From: an uncultured Clostridia bacterium | Lineage (GTDB): Bacteria > Bacillota > Clostridia > TANB77 > CAG-465 | Direction of reading: 5' to 3' | Length of the DNA: 64,000 nucleotides | Assembly: GCA_934169925.1 (NCBI GenBank) | Contig: CAKPOO010000003.1 | Location: 62,847-126,846, forward strand | Part shown: piece by piece, positions 28,026-36,129 of the stretch | Position numbering within the stretch: position 1 is the stretch's first letter | How the letters are laid out: each line of letters opens with the position of its first letter | The notes under the pieces: model-generated | Told to the model about the DNA's origin: nothing | Database searches by the model: none | What the model saw: only the letters and a program-made list of their open reading frames with translations | Translations under genes and position numbers: made by a program

Positions 28026-29381
28026 ATGCCAAGTTATAAATATAGAGTAATATATGAAGATGGAAAAATTGGTAGAGGCAGAATACTTGCTAAAAGTAAG
28101 GCTCATGCTATTGAAAGTTTAAAAAATGATAATGTTCAACCTGTATCTATTCAAAGACAGAATGATCCACATAAGAGATTTAAAAAAATTGATTATAAAA
28201 GATTAGTAAGATCTCAAATTATGAAAAATCAGAATTCGAGAGAAAAACATACTCAAAAGGAAAAGATTGATTGGAAAAACTTAACTTTAAGAGACTTAAA
28301 AAAATTAGAATTTCATCCTTTTAGACATGTTACTAGTAAAGATATAATTTCTTTTGTTAATAACTTTTATATATTAAAAAAGGCAAAATTTAATAATGTT
28401 CAAGCTTTAGAAGCTTTATATAATGGTGTAACAAATCCTGCTTTCAAATCTATAGTTGAAGATTTATTAATAGGAGTTCAAGATGGTGAAAAAATATATA
28501 AGATAATGATGAGTTATCCTAAAGTTTTCCCACCAATATTTGTTAATTTCATAAAAGTTGGTGAAGAGTCTGGTACACTTGATAGTGCACTTATATATGC
28601 AAGAGATTATGTAGAAAGTTCTATGGCTTTAAAAAAGAAAATAAGAGCGTCTGTTATTCCAAGAGTTTTACAATTCTTTGGTATAATTATCATGATGTGC
28701 GTAGCTGTTGTTATTGGTGTACCGATGTTACAAGATGTTTATGACATGTTTGATTCATCTGCTGAAATACCAGCTGCTACAATGGGACTTTTAAATGCAG
28801 TTAACTGGTTAATTGCAAATTGGTATTGGGTAGTACTAGGAATTGGTGTTGTAGTATTTGGTTTCTTAGCTATTATAAGTACGACAAGAGGCAGATATAA
28901 TTGGGATAAGTTCTTATTTAGGTGTCCAGTGCTTGGAAATGTTATAAGGAATATAACAATTGAGAAGTTTTTTCTTGCAATGCTTCTTAACTTAAAAAAT
29001 GGTTTAAGATTACAAGAAAGTTTAGAGATATCAAAAACTGTTACAAACAATCTATTTTTCTTATCAACAGTAGAAATTGCAAAAGCAAATGCTATAACAG
29101 GTGAATCTTGGATTACACCTTTTGTGGATAATAAAATATTTACACCTATGATGTCACAAATGGTATCAGTAGGTATGAAAACAGATATTGTTGAAATGAT
29201 AGAGAAAGTAAATGTATATATAAGACAAGAAATTGATGAATCAGTTGCAAAATTTGTTAAAGTTTTACCTGATATTACATATCTTTTTGTTGGTATAGCA
29301 TTGATTGCCTTTGTTATAACAATTGTTGTTCCAATAATTGGAGTATACATGGGAAGTTTCATAACAATCGATAGTTATTAA
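28026..29381 (+). CDS. pilC: Type IV pilus inner-membrane platform protein PilC (GspF family)
   Basis: 451 aa with two T2SF-type repeats separated by TM helices and a typical N-terminal cytoplasmic domain. Confidence 0.75.
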   Translation: MPSYKYRVIYEDGKIGRGRILAKSKAHAIESLKNDNVQPVSIQRQNDPHKRFKKIDYKRLVRSQIMKNQNSREKHTQKEKIDWKNLTLRDLKKLEFHPFRHVTSKDIISFVNNFYILKKAKFNNVQALEALYNGVTNPAFKSIVEDLLIGVQDGEKIYKIMMSYPKVFPPIFVNFIKVGEESGTLDSALIYARDYVESSMALKKKIRASVIPRVLQFFGIIIMMCVAVVIGVPMLQDVYDMFDSSAEIPAATMGLLNAVNWLIANWYWVVLGIGVVVFGFLAIISTTRGRYNWDKFLFRCPVLGNVIRNITIEKFFLAMLLNLKNGLRLQESLEISKTVTNNLFFLSTVEIAKANAITGESWITPFVDNKIFTPMMSQMVSVGMKTDIVEMIEKVNVYIRQEIDESVAKFVKVLPDITYLFVGIALIAFVITIVVPIIGVYMGSFITIDSY

Positions 29382-29389
29382 TATATAAG

Positions 29390-29427
29390 CACATTTGTAA
29401 TTTAAAGTTACAAGTGTGTTTTTTTGT
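29390..29427 (+). terminator. Rho-independent terminator after pilC
   Basis: Hairpin cacatttgtaatttaaagttacaagtgtg followed by ttttttt. Confidence 0.6.
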
Positions 29428-29484
29428 AATGTATAGTATTTAAATATTTTTAGTAAAAAATATACATTTTTAAAATAAATTTTA

Positions 29485-29513
29485 TTGACATCTAATTAAA
29501 AAACGAGTATAAT
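29485..29513 (+). promoter_or_regulatory. Sigma-A promoter for tRNA-Lys (TTGACA-N17-TATAAT)
   Basis: Consensus -35 and -10 hexamers with 17-nt spacing, 14 nt upstream of the tRNA 5' end. Confidence 0.6.
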
Positions 29514-29526
29514 TATACTTGTTAGA

Positions 29527-29602
29527 GTACCATTAGCTCAGTTGGTAGAGCAGTTGCCTCTTAAGCAATTTGTCCAGGGTTCGAGCCCCTGATGGTGCAC
29601 CA
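29527..29602 (+). tRNA. tRNA-Lys (anticodon CUU)
   Basis: Manual fold: acceptor GUACCAU/AUGGUGC (one G-U pair), D-arm GCUCAGUUGGUAGAGC, anticodon loop CUCUUAA, T-arm CAGGG-UUCGAGC-CCCUG, encoded CCA. Confidence 0.85.
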
Positions 29603-29645
29603 AATTTGAGGAAGTTTTTAAGCTTTCTCTTTTTTTATATACTTA

Positions 29646-29677
29646 ATCTATTTACTATTGTAAATAGATTTTTTTTG
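29646..29677 (+). terminator. Rho-independent terminator after tRNA-Lys
   Basis: Hairpin atctatttactattgtaaatagat followed by tttttttt. Confidence 0.65.
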
Positions 29678-29710
29678 TGATATTATTTTTATGAATTTGG
29701 AGGGGATTAT

Positions 29711-31012
29711 ATGCAAGGTATAACTGTAGATTTTCAAGGTGTAAAAAGATTTGTAAATGATTATGAATTAGAGGGTGTAAAGTCAAAAGTTTTAGACTCA
29801 AATAGAAAGCTTGAAAACAAATCTGGTCTTGGTAATGAAATGCTTGGTTGGATGAATTTACCAATAGATAGAAATGATGAAGAAATCACAAGAATAAAGG
29901 AAGTTGCAAAAAAAATACAAAAGCAGTCTGAAGTTTTTGTTGTTATTGGAATAGGTGGATCATACCTTGGTGCACAAGCTATGATTGATTTATTTACTAA
30001 TTCATTTAATAATTTAGTAGCAGAATCAGTTAGAAAATCTCCACAAATAATATTTGCTGGAAATACATTAAGTGCAAAATATTTAAGAAACTTAGTTGAA
30101 TATTTAGAAGATAAAGATTTTTCTATTAATGTTATTTCTAAATCTGGTAAGACATTAGAACCTGCTGTTACATTTAGAACATTAAGAGTAATGCTAGAAC
30201 AAAAATATGGAATTACTGGTGCAAGTGAAAGAATATATGTAACAACAGATGAAAACAAGGGAATATTACACGATATTGCTGTAAAACATGAATATGAAAG
30301 ATTTATTGTTCCAGATGATGTTGGAGGTAGATATTCTGTACTGACTGCAGTTGGACTTTTACCAATGGCTGTTGCAAATATTGATATTGAAGATATTTTA
30401 GATGGAGCTCAATTTGCATCTCATGTTTACTCTGATATTGATTTTGATAATAATGACTGTATGAAGTATGCAGCATATAGATATGCACTATACTCAAAAG
30501 GTAAAGAAATAGAAATAATGGCAAGCTATGAACCAAGTTTTAAATACTTTATTGAATGGTATAAACAATTATTTGGTGAAAGTGAAGGAAAAGATTTTAA
30601 AGGACTTTTCCCAGCAGGAACTATATATACAACTGATTTGCATTCTATGGGTCAACTTGTACAACAAGGAAAAAGAAATATTTTTGAAACTATATTAAAT
30701 GTAAAACTTGATAGAAGTTTTATAACCTTACCAGAGGTAGAAGATGATGAAGATGGATTAAATTATTTAGCAGGAAAAGATATTGATTATATAAATAAAC
30801 AAGCTTTTTTAGGTACTCTAAAAGCTCATGTTGATGGTCAAGTTCCAAACATTGTAATTAATATAGACGATATAAATGAATATTCTGTAGGTCAACTTAT
30901 ATATTTCTTTGAAAAAGCATGTGCTTTAAGTGCTTATACATTAGGTGTAAATCCTTTTAATCAACCTGGAGTAGAAGCATATAAGAAAAATATGATGGAA
31001 CTTTTAAAATAG
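29711..31012 (+). CDS. pgi: Glucose-6-phosphate isomerase
   Basis: 433 aa. Short Firmicute-type PGI with signature FVVIGIGGSYLGAQA and a conserved C-terminal region. Confidence 0.85.
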   Translation: MQGITVDFQGVKRFVNDYELEGVKSKVLDSNRKLENKSGLGNEMLGWMNLPIDRNDEEITRIKEVAKKIQKQSEVFVVIGIGGSYLGAQAMIDLFTNSFNNLVAESVRKSPQIIFAGNTLSAKYLRNLVEYLEDKDFSINVISKSGKTLEPAVTFRTLRVMLEQKYGITGASERIYVTTDENKGILHDIAVKHEYERFIVPDDVGGRYSVLTAVGLLPMAVANIDIEDILDGAQFASHVYSDIDFDNNDCMKYAAYRYALYSKGKEIEIMASYEPSFKYFIEWYKQLFGESEGKDFKGLFPAGTIYTTDLHSMGQLVQQGKRNIFETILNVKLDRSFITLPEVEDDEDGLNYLAGKDIDYINKQAFLGTLKAHVDGQVPNIVINIDDINEYSVGQLIYFFEKACALSAYTLGVNPFNQPGVEAYKKNMMELLK

Positions 31013-31020
31013 GAGTAATA

Positions 31021-31824
31021 ATGAAAAAATTAAGTAACTTTGATTTAAAAGTATTTGCAATTATTTTTATGATTATAGATCATATTGGATACTTTTTTAG
31101 TTTTGCTTTAAGTAGTGATGTATATATAACTTTTAGAATAATTGGAAGATTGGCTATGCCAATCTTTGCTTATTTAGTAGCAGAGGGAATCTATTATACA
31201 AAAGATATAAAAAAGTATATAGCAAGACTTGGAATTTTTGCTATAGTAACTCAAGCATTACTTATTTTAATAGATTATATACAAGTAAAAATTGGAAATA
31301 TAAAACTTGCAAATATATCAAGTAGTGCAAATATATTATTTTCCTTTATGTTTGCTGCTATAGTCATTATGCTTATTTGTAAGTTTATAGAAAAAGCAAA
31401 AATAACATTTTTTGTAAAAAATAAAAATTTAAAGTTAAAAGATATATTAAGAAATGTAGTAGTTATGTTTTTTGAATTTTTAGCTGTTATATTTATTTTT
31501 GTATTATTTAAAATTTTAAAATTTGATTATGGAATAAATGCTTTTTTACTTGTTGTTTTAATATCAATTATAAATAAAATATATAAAATAAGAAATATAG
31601 AAAGAATAGGAAATGTAAGTTATTATATACTTGTATTTTTAAGTTTGTTTTTACTTTGTTTTCCTCTTAAAAATTATTCATATATAAGACTATTTTCTAT
31701 TGTATTTATTTTATTTTATAGCGGAAAAAAAGGAAAATATAGCAAATATTTATTTTATATTGCATATTTGTTACAATATGTAATCATTTCAATTAGTTCT
31801 ATAATTGTATTCATGCATTTTTAA
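31021..31824 (+). CDS. TraX-family membrane protein (F-pilin acetylase family)
   Basis: 267 aa. N-terminal LKVFAIIFMIIDHIGYFF matches the TraX family signature; polytopic. Confidence 0.65.
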   Translation: MKKLSNFDLKVFAIIFMIIDHIGYFFSFALSSDVYITFRIIGRLAMPIFAYLVAEGIYYTKDIKKYIARLGIFAIVTQALLILIDYIQVKIGNIKLANISSSANILFSFMFAAIVIMLICKFIEKAKITFFVKNKNLKLKDILRNVVVMFFEFLAVIFIFVLFKILKFDYGINAFLLVVLISIINKIYKIRNIERIGNVSYYILVFLSLFLLCFPLKNYSYIRLFSIVFILFYSGKKGKYSKYLFYIAYLLQYVIISISSIIVFMHF

Positions 31825-31948
31825 TATATTGTTTACATAAACACTTTACAAGAAAAAATTATTGTGGTATAATTCGAATATCACAGTAATTTTTTTTTAC
31901 AAAAAACATAAGATTAATTATATAATGTCCAAAGGAGGAAATTTTATA

Positions 31949-32623
31949 ATGGAAAATTATAATGAAAACAATTTAATAAAAATTGCAGGTAAAGTGGTAG
32001 AAGAACCTGTATTTAGTCATGAATTATATGAGGAAAAGTTTTATATACTTTATATTGAAACAAGAAGACTTAGTCAATATTCAGACAAATTACCAGTAAT
32101 AATATCAGAAAGATTATATGATATATCAAATATAAAAAAGGATGATATTTTTTATATTGAAGGTCAATTTAGATCATATAACAAATTAAATGAAGGAAAA
32201 AGTAAATTAATTTTATCTATATTTGCAAGAGAATTTGTAAAAAAAGATGATGAAGAAATTTTAACTTTAAATGATGCTAATTTTGTAGGGTTTATATGCA
32301 AGCAACCTATATATAGAAAAACTCCACTTGGAAGAGAAATTGCAGATGTTTTAGTTGCAGTTAATCGTTCATATAAAAAATCAGATTATATACCATGTAT
32401 ATTATGGGGAAGAAATGCTAAATTTTGTGAAACATTACCTGTTGGTTCAAAAGTAAAAATTAGTGGAAGAATCCAATCAAGAAAATATGAAAAGAAAAAT
32501 CAAGATGGTACTGTTATACCAAAAGTTGCATATGAAATATCTGTTTCAAAATTTTCTATTGCAAAAGATGAAAATGTAGAAGATGTTAAAGTTGATGATA
32601 ATAATAATGATAATGTAAAATAG
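31949..32623 (+). CDS. SSB-like protein with two tandem OB folds
   Basis: ORF 31862..32623. ATG at 31949 follows aaggagga and an extended -10 tggtataat. The C-terminal half (VAVNRSYKKSDYIPCILWGRNAKFCE...ISGRIQSRKYEKKNQDG...AYEISVSKFSI) resembles SSB core motifs, and the N-terminal half repeats the pattern. Confidence 0.55.
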   Translation: MENYNENNLIKIAGKVVEEPVFSHELYEEKFYILYIETRRLSQYSDKLPVIISERLYDISNIKKDDIFYIEGQFRSYNKLNEGKSKLILSIFAREFVKKDDEEILTLNDANFVGFICKQPIYRKTPLGREIADVLVAVNRSYKKSDYIPCILWGRNAKFCETLPVGSKVKISGRIQSRKYEKKNQDGTVIPKVAYEISVSKFSIAKDENVEDVKVDDNNNDNVK

Positions 32624-32681
32624 ATTATATAACTTGTTAAACTTTTTGTTTAGCAAGTTTTTTTTATATAAAATTAATAGT

Positions 32682-33182
32682 TTATCTTTCATTTAAATTT
32701 AAGTTTAAAGGATTTATAAATTTATTATCTTTAGAAATACTAAAATGTAAATGTGGACCTGTAGTATTACCATTTTTCATACCATTTGAAAGGTACACAG
32801 GTCCAACTTTTGCAATTACAGTATTAGTAGTTACAAAATCACCTTTTGATATTAAAAAGTTTTCTGAAACATGACAATACATTGATTTATATCCATTTTC
32901 ATGGGATAGTATAACAGTATTTCCATATCCGTTTAAAAATCCAACAAATATAACTGTACCATTATAAAATGGATAAATATCTGAATTTATAGGAGCACCA
33001 AAATCAATTCCATCATGAAAGTTAATAACTCCATATAAATCCCTATAACCAAACTCAGATGTGATATATGTAAATTTTGTCGGAAAGTAAAAAAGGTTTT
33101 TGGAAGTGGAAGAGGATGTAAATATTGAAAAAATAAATATAATAACAAGAAATGTTACATTAATGTTAAAAAAATGTTTCAA
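32682..33182 (-). CDS. Secreted M23-family (LytM-type) metallopeptidase
   Basis: 166 aa with a signal peptide. HDGIDF (HxxxD) and GPHLHFSI (HxH) zinc-ligand motifs. Confidence 0.8.
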   Translation of the reverse strand: MKHFFNINVTFLVIIFIFSIFTSSSTSKNLFYFPTKFTYITSEFGYRDLYGVINFHDGIDFGAPINSDIYPFYNGTVIFVGFLNGYGNTVILSHENGYKSMYCHVSENFLISKGDFVTTNTVIAKVGPVYLSNGMKNGNTTGPHLHFSISKDNKFINPLNLNLNER

Positions 33183-33378
33183 AATATCACCATTTCTATT
33201 TTAGCGTGATAATATTTATTTGTAAAGAAAATTTGTATGTCAAATATTGACAAGATTACATAATTTAAAAATTAGAATTAATTTAAATTAAATTATATTA
33301 AAAATGTGAAAAAATACTTGATTTTTATTTCTCAAATGTTATAATTAAACTGTAGAAGTTAGTTTAAGGAGGAAATTT

Positions 33379-33795
33379 ATGAAAAGTTCAAAAAAATTCT
33401 TATTAAGAATAATACCAGTTTTTGTTGTTTTAAGCATAATATTAACTTCAGTAACAGGAGTTTTTGCATTTGGTAATTTTAATGATATTTCTGAGATTAA
33501 TAAAGGTGCAGGAACTACTGGTGATGGTGTTACATCTGTTAATGGTGCTGTAAATAGAGTATGGAAAACTGTTGTAACTGTTTTACAAATATTAGCAGTT
33601 GCTGCAATAGTTATAGCTGGTGTAAGATATATGTTTGCTTCAGCTGATACAAAAGCTGATATAAAAGGACAAACAGTTGGACTTGTTGTTGGTGCTGTAC
33701 TTGTTTTCGGTGCATCATTTATCGTTCAATTTATTATTAATGTTACTTCAGATGTTACAGGGGTAAAAGAATCACAACAAACACAACAACAATAA
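33379..33795 (+). CDS. VirB2/TrbC-like T4SS pilin paralog 1
   Basis: 138 aa. Signal peptide followed by two hydrophobic helices (TVVTVLQILAVAAIVIAGVRYMF / VGLVVGAVLVFGASFIVQFII) separated by a short charged loop, which is the VirB2 topology. Confidence 0.55.
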   Translation: MKSSKKFLLRIIPVFVVLSIILTSVTGVFAFGNFNDISEINKGAGTTGDGVTSVNGAVNRVWKTVVTVLQILAVAAIVIAGVRYMFASADTKADIKGQTVGLVVGAVLVFGASFIVQFIINVTSDVTGVKESQQTQQQ

Positions 33796-33844
33796 TAATG
33801 TTTTTATAAAATCAGGCTTGACCTGATTTTTTTATTAAAGATAG

Positions 33845-34234
33845 GTGAGATTTATGAATAAATTTAAAATCTTTGCAATAGTCATACTTGTTATTACTTT
33901 ATTTTTAACATTATATCCAGTGGTGTATGCAGATTTTGGAGAAGGTTTTGATCCTAGTAAGGTTGCATATGATAAAGTGTTAGAGGATGATACAGGTGTT
34001 GGAAAAATTACAAGCCCTATAAACAAAATTTTTAATACAATAGTTAGAATTTTACAAATTTTGTCTATTGCAGGAATAATATTAACAGGTCTTAGATATA
34101 TGCTTACAACTGATACTTTAAAAAAAGCAGATTTTAAAGAATCTACTATGTATTTGATAATAGGTATGGTTATAGTATTTTGTGCAAGTACAGTAATTGA
34201 ATTTATTGTAAAAGCTGCAGATGAAGTAATATAG
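33845..34234 (+). CDS. VirB2/TrbC-like T4SS pilin paralog 2
   Basis: 129 aa with the same architecture; the conserved motif IL.ILQI(L/V)S(I/V)A...I.TGL(R/K)YM is shared with paralogs 1 and 3. Confidence 0.55.
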   Translation: MRFMNKFKIFAIVILVITLFLTLYPVVYADFGEGFDPSKVAYDKVLEDDTGVGKITSPINKIFNTIVRILQILSIAGIILTGLRYMLTTDTLKKADFKESTMYLIIGMVIVFCASTVIEFIVKAADEVI

Positions 34235-34254
34235 TAAAAGGAGGATTAAGATAC

Positions 34255-34629
34255 ATGAATAATAGTTACAAAATATTATTTAAAATAATGGCTATTGTAT
34301 TTATAGGTATCATTATTGCAAGTAATGTTAGCATTGTTTTTGCAGATGATCTTTCTGATTTTAACAGTACAGATTTTAATGCTGGAGAAGAAAGCGTAGA
34401 AAAGATTGATACTGCCGTTCTTAAAATTTGGAAAACAGTTGTTACAATTTTACAAATTGTTTCTGTTGCAGCTGTTATTATTACTGGACTTAAGTATATG
34501 TTTGCATCATCAGAGAAAAAAGCTGACATAAAATCTATGTCACTTGGATTTATTGTTGGGGCAGTTATTGTCTTTGGATCTTCGTTTGTTGTATCCTTTG
34601 TTATAAAAGTTGTACAAGATACAATATAA
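34255..34629 (+). CDS. VirB2/TrbC-like T4SS pilin paralog 3
   Basis: 124 aa, same architecture. Confidence 0.55.
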   Translation: MNNSYKILFKIMAIVFIGIIIASNVSIVFADDLSDFNSTDFNAGEESVEKIDTAVLKIWKTVVTILQIVSVAAVIITGLKYMFASSEKKADIKSMSLGFIVGAVIVFGSSFVVSFVIKVVQDTI

Positions 34630-34731
34630 TAAGCTTAAATATTAATAAAAAATCTACTTTTTCATTAAAAAAAGTAGATTTTTTTTTACTTTATTGATAT
34701 AATTTGTATGTGAAAATAGAGAGGTTATTTT

Positions 34732-35700
34732 ATGAACAAAAAGATATTTAGTATAGTTATTATGAGCATAGTATTTTTTGCTATGATAGGTGGCAATGTA
34801 TTTGCATGGGTAGAGTCTGATGACGTATCAAGTTTAAGGAGTGATGAAATAGCAGAAAATATAAAAAGTAGTTTTAATAGTAAAAATATAGATGATTTTT
34901 TTTGCTATGTAAATTATGGATATAGTGATTTATCATCTGAGCAAAAAGAAGAAGTTGATCCATTGATAGAATATTCAGTAAAAAATTATAAAAGTCAGCT
35001 ACTAAGTGCTACAAATAAATTAGATCCTACTGAAGATCCAATAAGTTCACAACTTGATAGTGTTTGGAATAAATTTGAAGGTGGAAAGAGCTTTACTTCT
35101 AATGCGTCATCTGGTTCAAAGTCAGACGATGATAAGAAAAAAGCTGCTGATGATTGGTTTGGTCAAGCTACTTCTTGGTGGGGAGATGCTAAAAAAAGTG
35201 GATTTACAATTCCACAAGAAGCTCAGGATGTAATAGATCAATTTACCGATATGATTAACATTATAGGTACAACTTTAATATTTGTTGCAACAATTGTTCT
35301 TGGAATTAAATTTATATTTGGAAGTATTGATGGAAAATCTGAAGCAAAGGAAGATATGATTACTTTACTTGTAGCTTGTGTATTTTTCTTTGGATGGAAT
35401 GGAATAATGGGGATTCTTTTAAATAATGCTCATGATGACATTGCAATAGTTGAAGGTGAAACTAGTTACGTAACTGTAATTTCTAAAATGTTAACTGTAT
35501 TTAGAACAATTTCAAATTGTTTACTTGTTGTTGGTGTTATTTATGTAGGTATAAAATTTATATTTGCTGGTGCACAGGGAAAAGCAGATTTAAAAGCAAA
35601 ATCTGGTTTTTTTATAATTGGTATTATACTTGCATTTTGTACAGTAAATGTTCTTACTTTCTTATCAGATGTTATAAATCAAGTATTAACAAAAACATAA
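34732..35700 (+). CDS. Secreted/membrane protein with an N-terminal soluble domain and two tandem C-terminal VirB2-like hairpin modules
   Basis: 322 aa with a signal peptide. The C-terminus carries two copies of the ...IKFIFG(S/A)..GK..(A/L)K... TM-hairpin motif found in the three small pilins. Confidence 0.45.
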   Translation: MNKKIFSIVIMSIVFFAMIGGNVFAWVESDDVSSLRSDEIAENIKSSFNSKNIDDFFCYVNYGYSDLSSEQKEEVDPLIEYSVKNYKSQLLSATNKLDPTEDPISSQLDSVWNKFEGGKSFTSNASSGSKSDDDKKKAADDWFGQATSWWGDAKKSGFTIPQEAQDVIDQFTDMINIIGTTLIFVATIVLGIKFIFGSIDGKSEAKEDMITLLVACVFFFGWNGIMGILLNNAHDDIAIVEGETSYVTVISKMLTVFRTISNCLLVVGVIYVGIKFIFAGAQGKADLKAKSGFFIIGIILAFCTVNVLTFLSDVINQVLTKT

Positions 35701-35727
35701 GGAATATAAGAATTAGGGGGTTAATAT

Positions 35728-36129
35728 ATGGGAAAATCTTATTATGTTCCACGTAGTGTTAAAGGTGAGACAAGAATACTTATTATATTTACAGTTAAGT
35801 CATTTATTTTTACTCTTGCTTTTGGACTTATAGGTGGTGGAATTTGGGCTTTAGGCTCAAATCTATTTGGAATGGGAATGTTTCCAGGAATTGCAGTTAC
35901 AATTTTATTTGGAGGATTTGGTTATTTAATTGGTACAGCTAAAATACCTGATTCACCAATAATGGGACCATTTCAAAAAGCTGGTGGTGAATATGTTAGT
36001 GAAATAATTAAAAGATTTATCACTTTTAAATCAAGAAAAAAAATATATTTATATAATTACAATAGAGAAAATATAATTAATAATAAAAATAATAAAAATA
36101 GTAGTAATAACAAAGGAGGAAAAAAATAA
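35728..36129 (+). CDS. PrgI-family (VirB3-like) small membrane protein
   Basis: 133 aa. N-terminal YYVPRSVKGETRILIIFTVKSF fits the PrgI-family N-terminal pattern; two TM helices; sits just upstream of the VirB4 gene. Confidence 0.55.
   Translation: MGKSYYVPRSVKGETRILIIFTVKSFIFTLAFGLIGGGIWALGSNLFGMGMFPGIAVTILFGGFGYLIGTAKIPDSPIMGPFQKAGGEYVSEIIKRFITFKSRKKIYLYNYNRENIINNKNNKNSSNNKGGKK

Noticed and set aside
28739-29362. 207-aa minus-strand ORF inside pilC
   Set aside because: It is antisense to the PilC platform gene, which has clear family motifs. A hydrophobic mirror-frame artefact.
29527-29602. tRNA-Lys as the attachment site of an integrated element containing the T4SS-like cluster
   Set aside because: I looked for a direct repeat of the tRNA 3' end downstream of the cluster (52.55-52.70 kb) and at the pgi/traX and M23/pilin junctions and found none. 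No integrase or recombinase ORF is present. It is kept only as a low-weight inference, not a feature.
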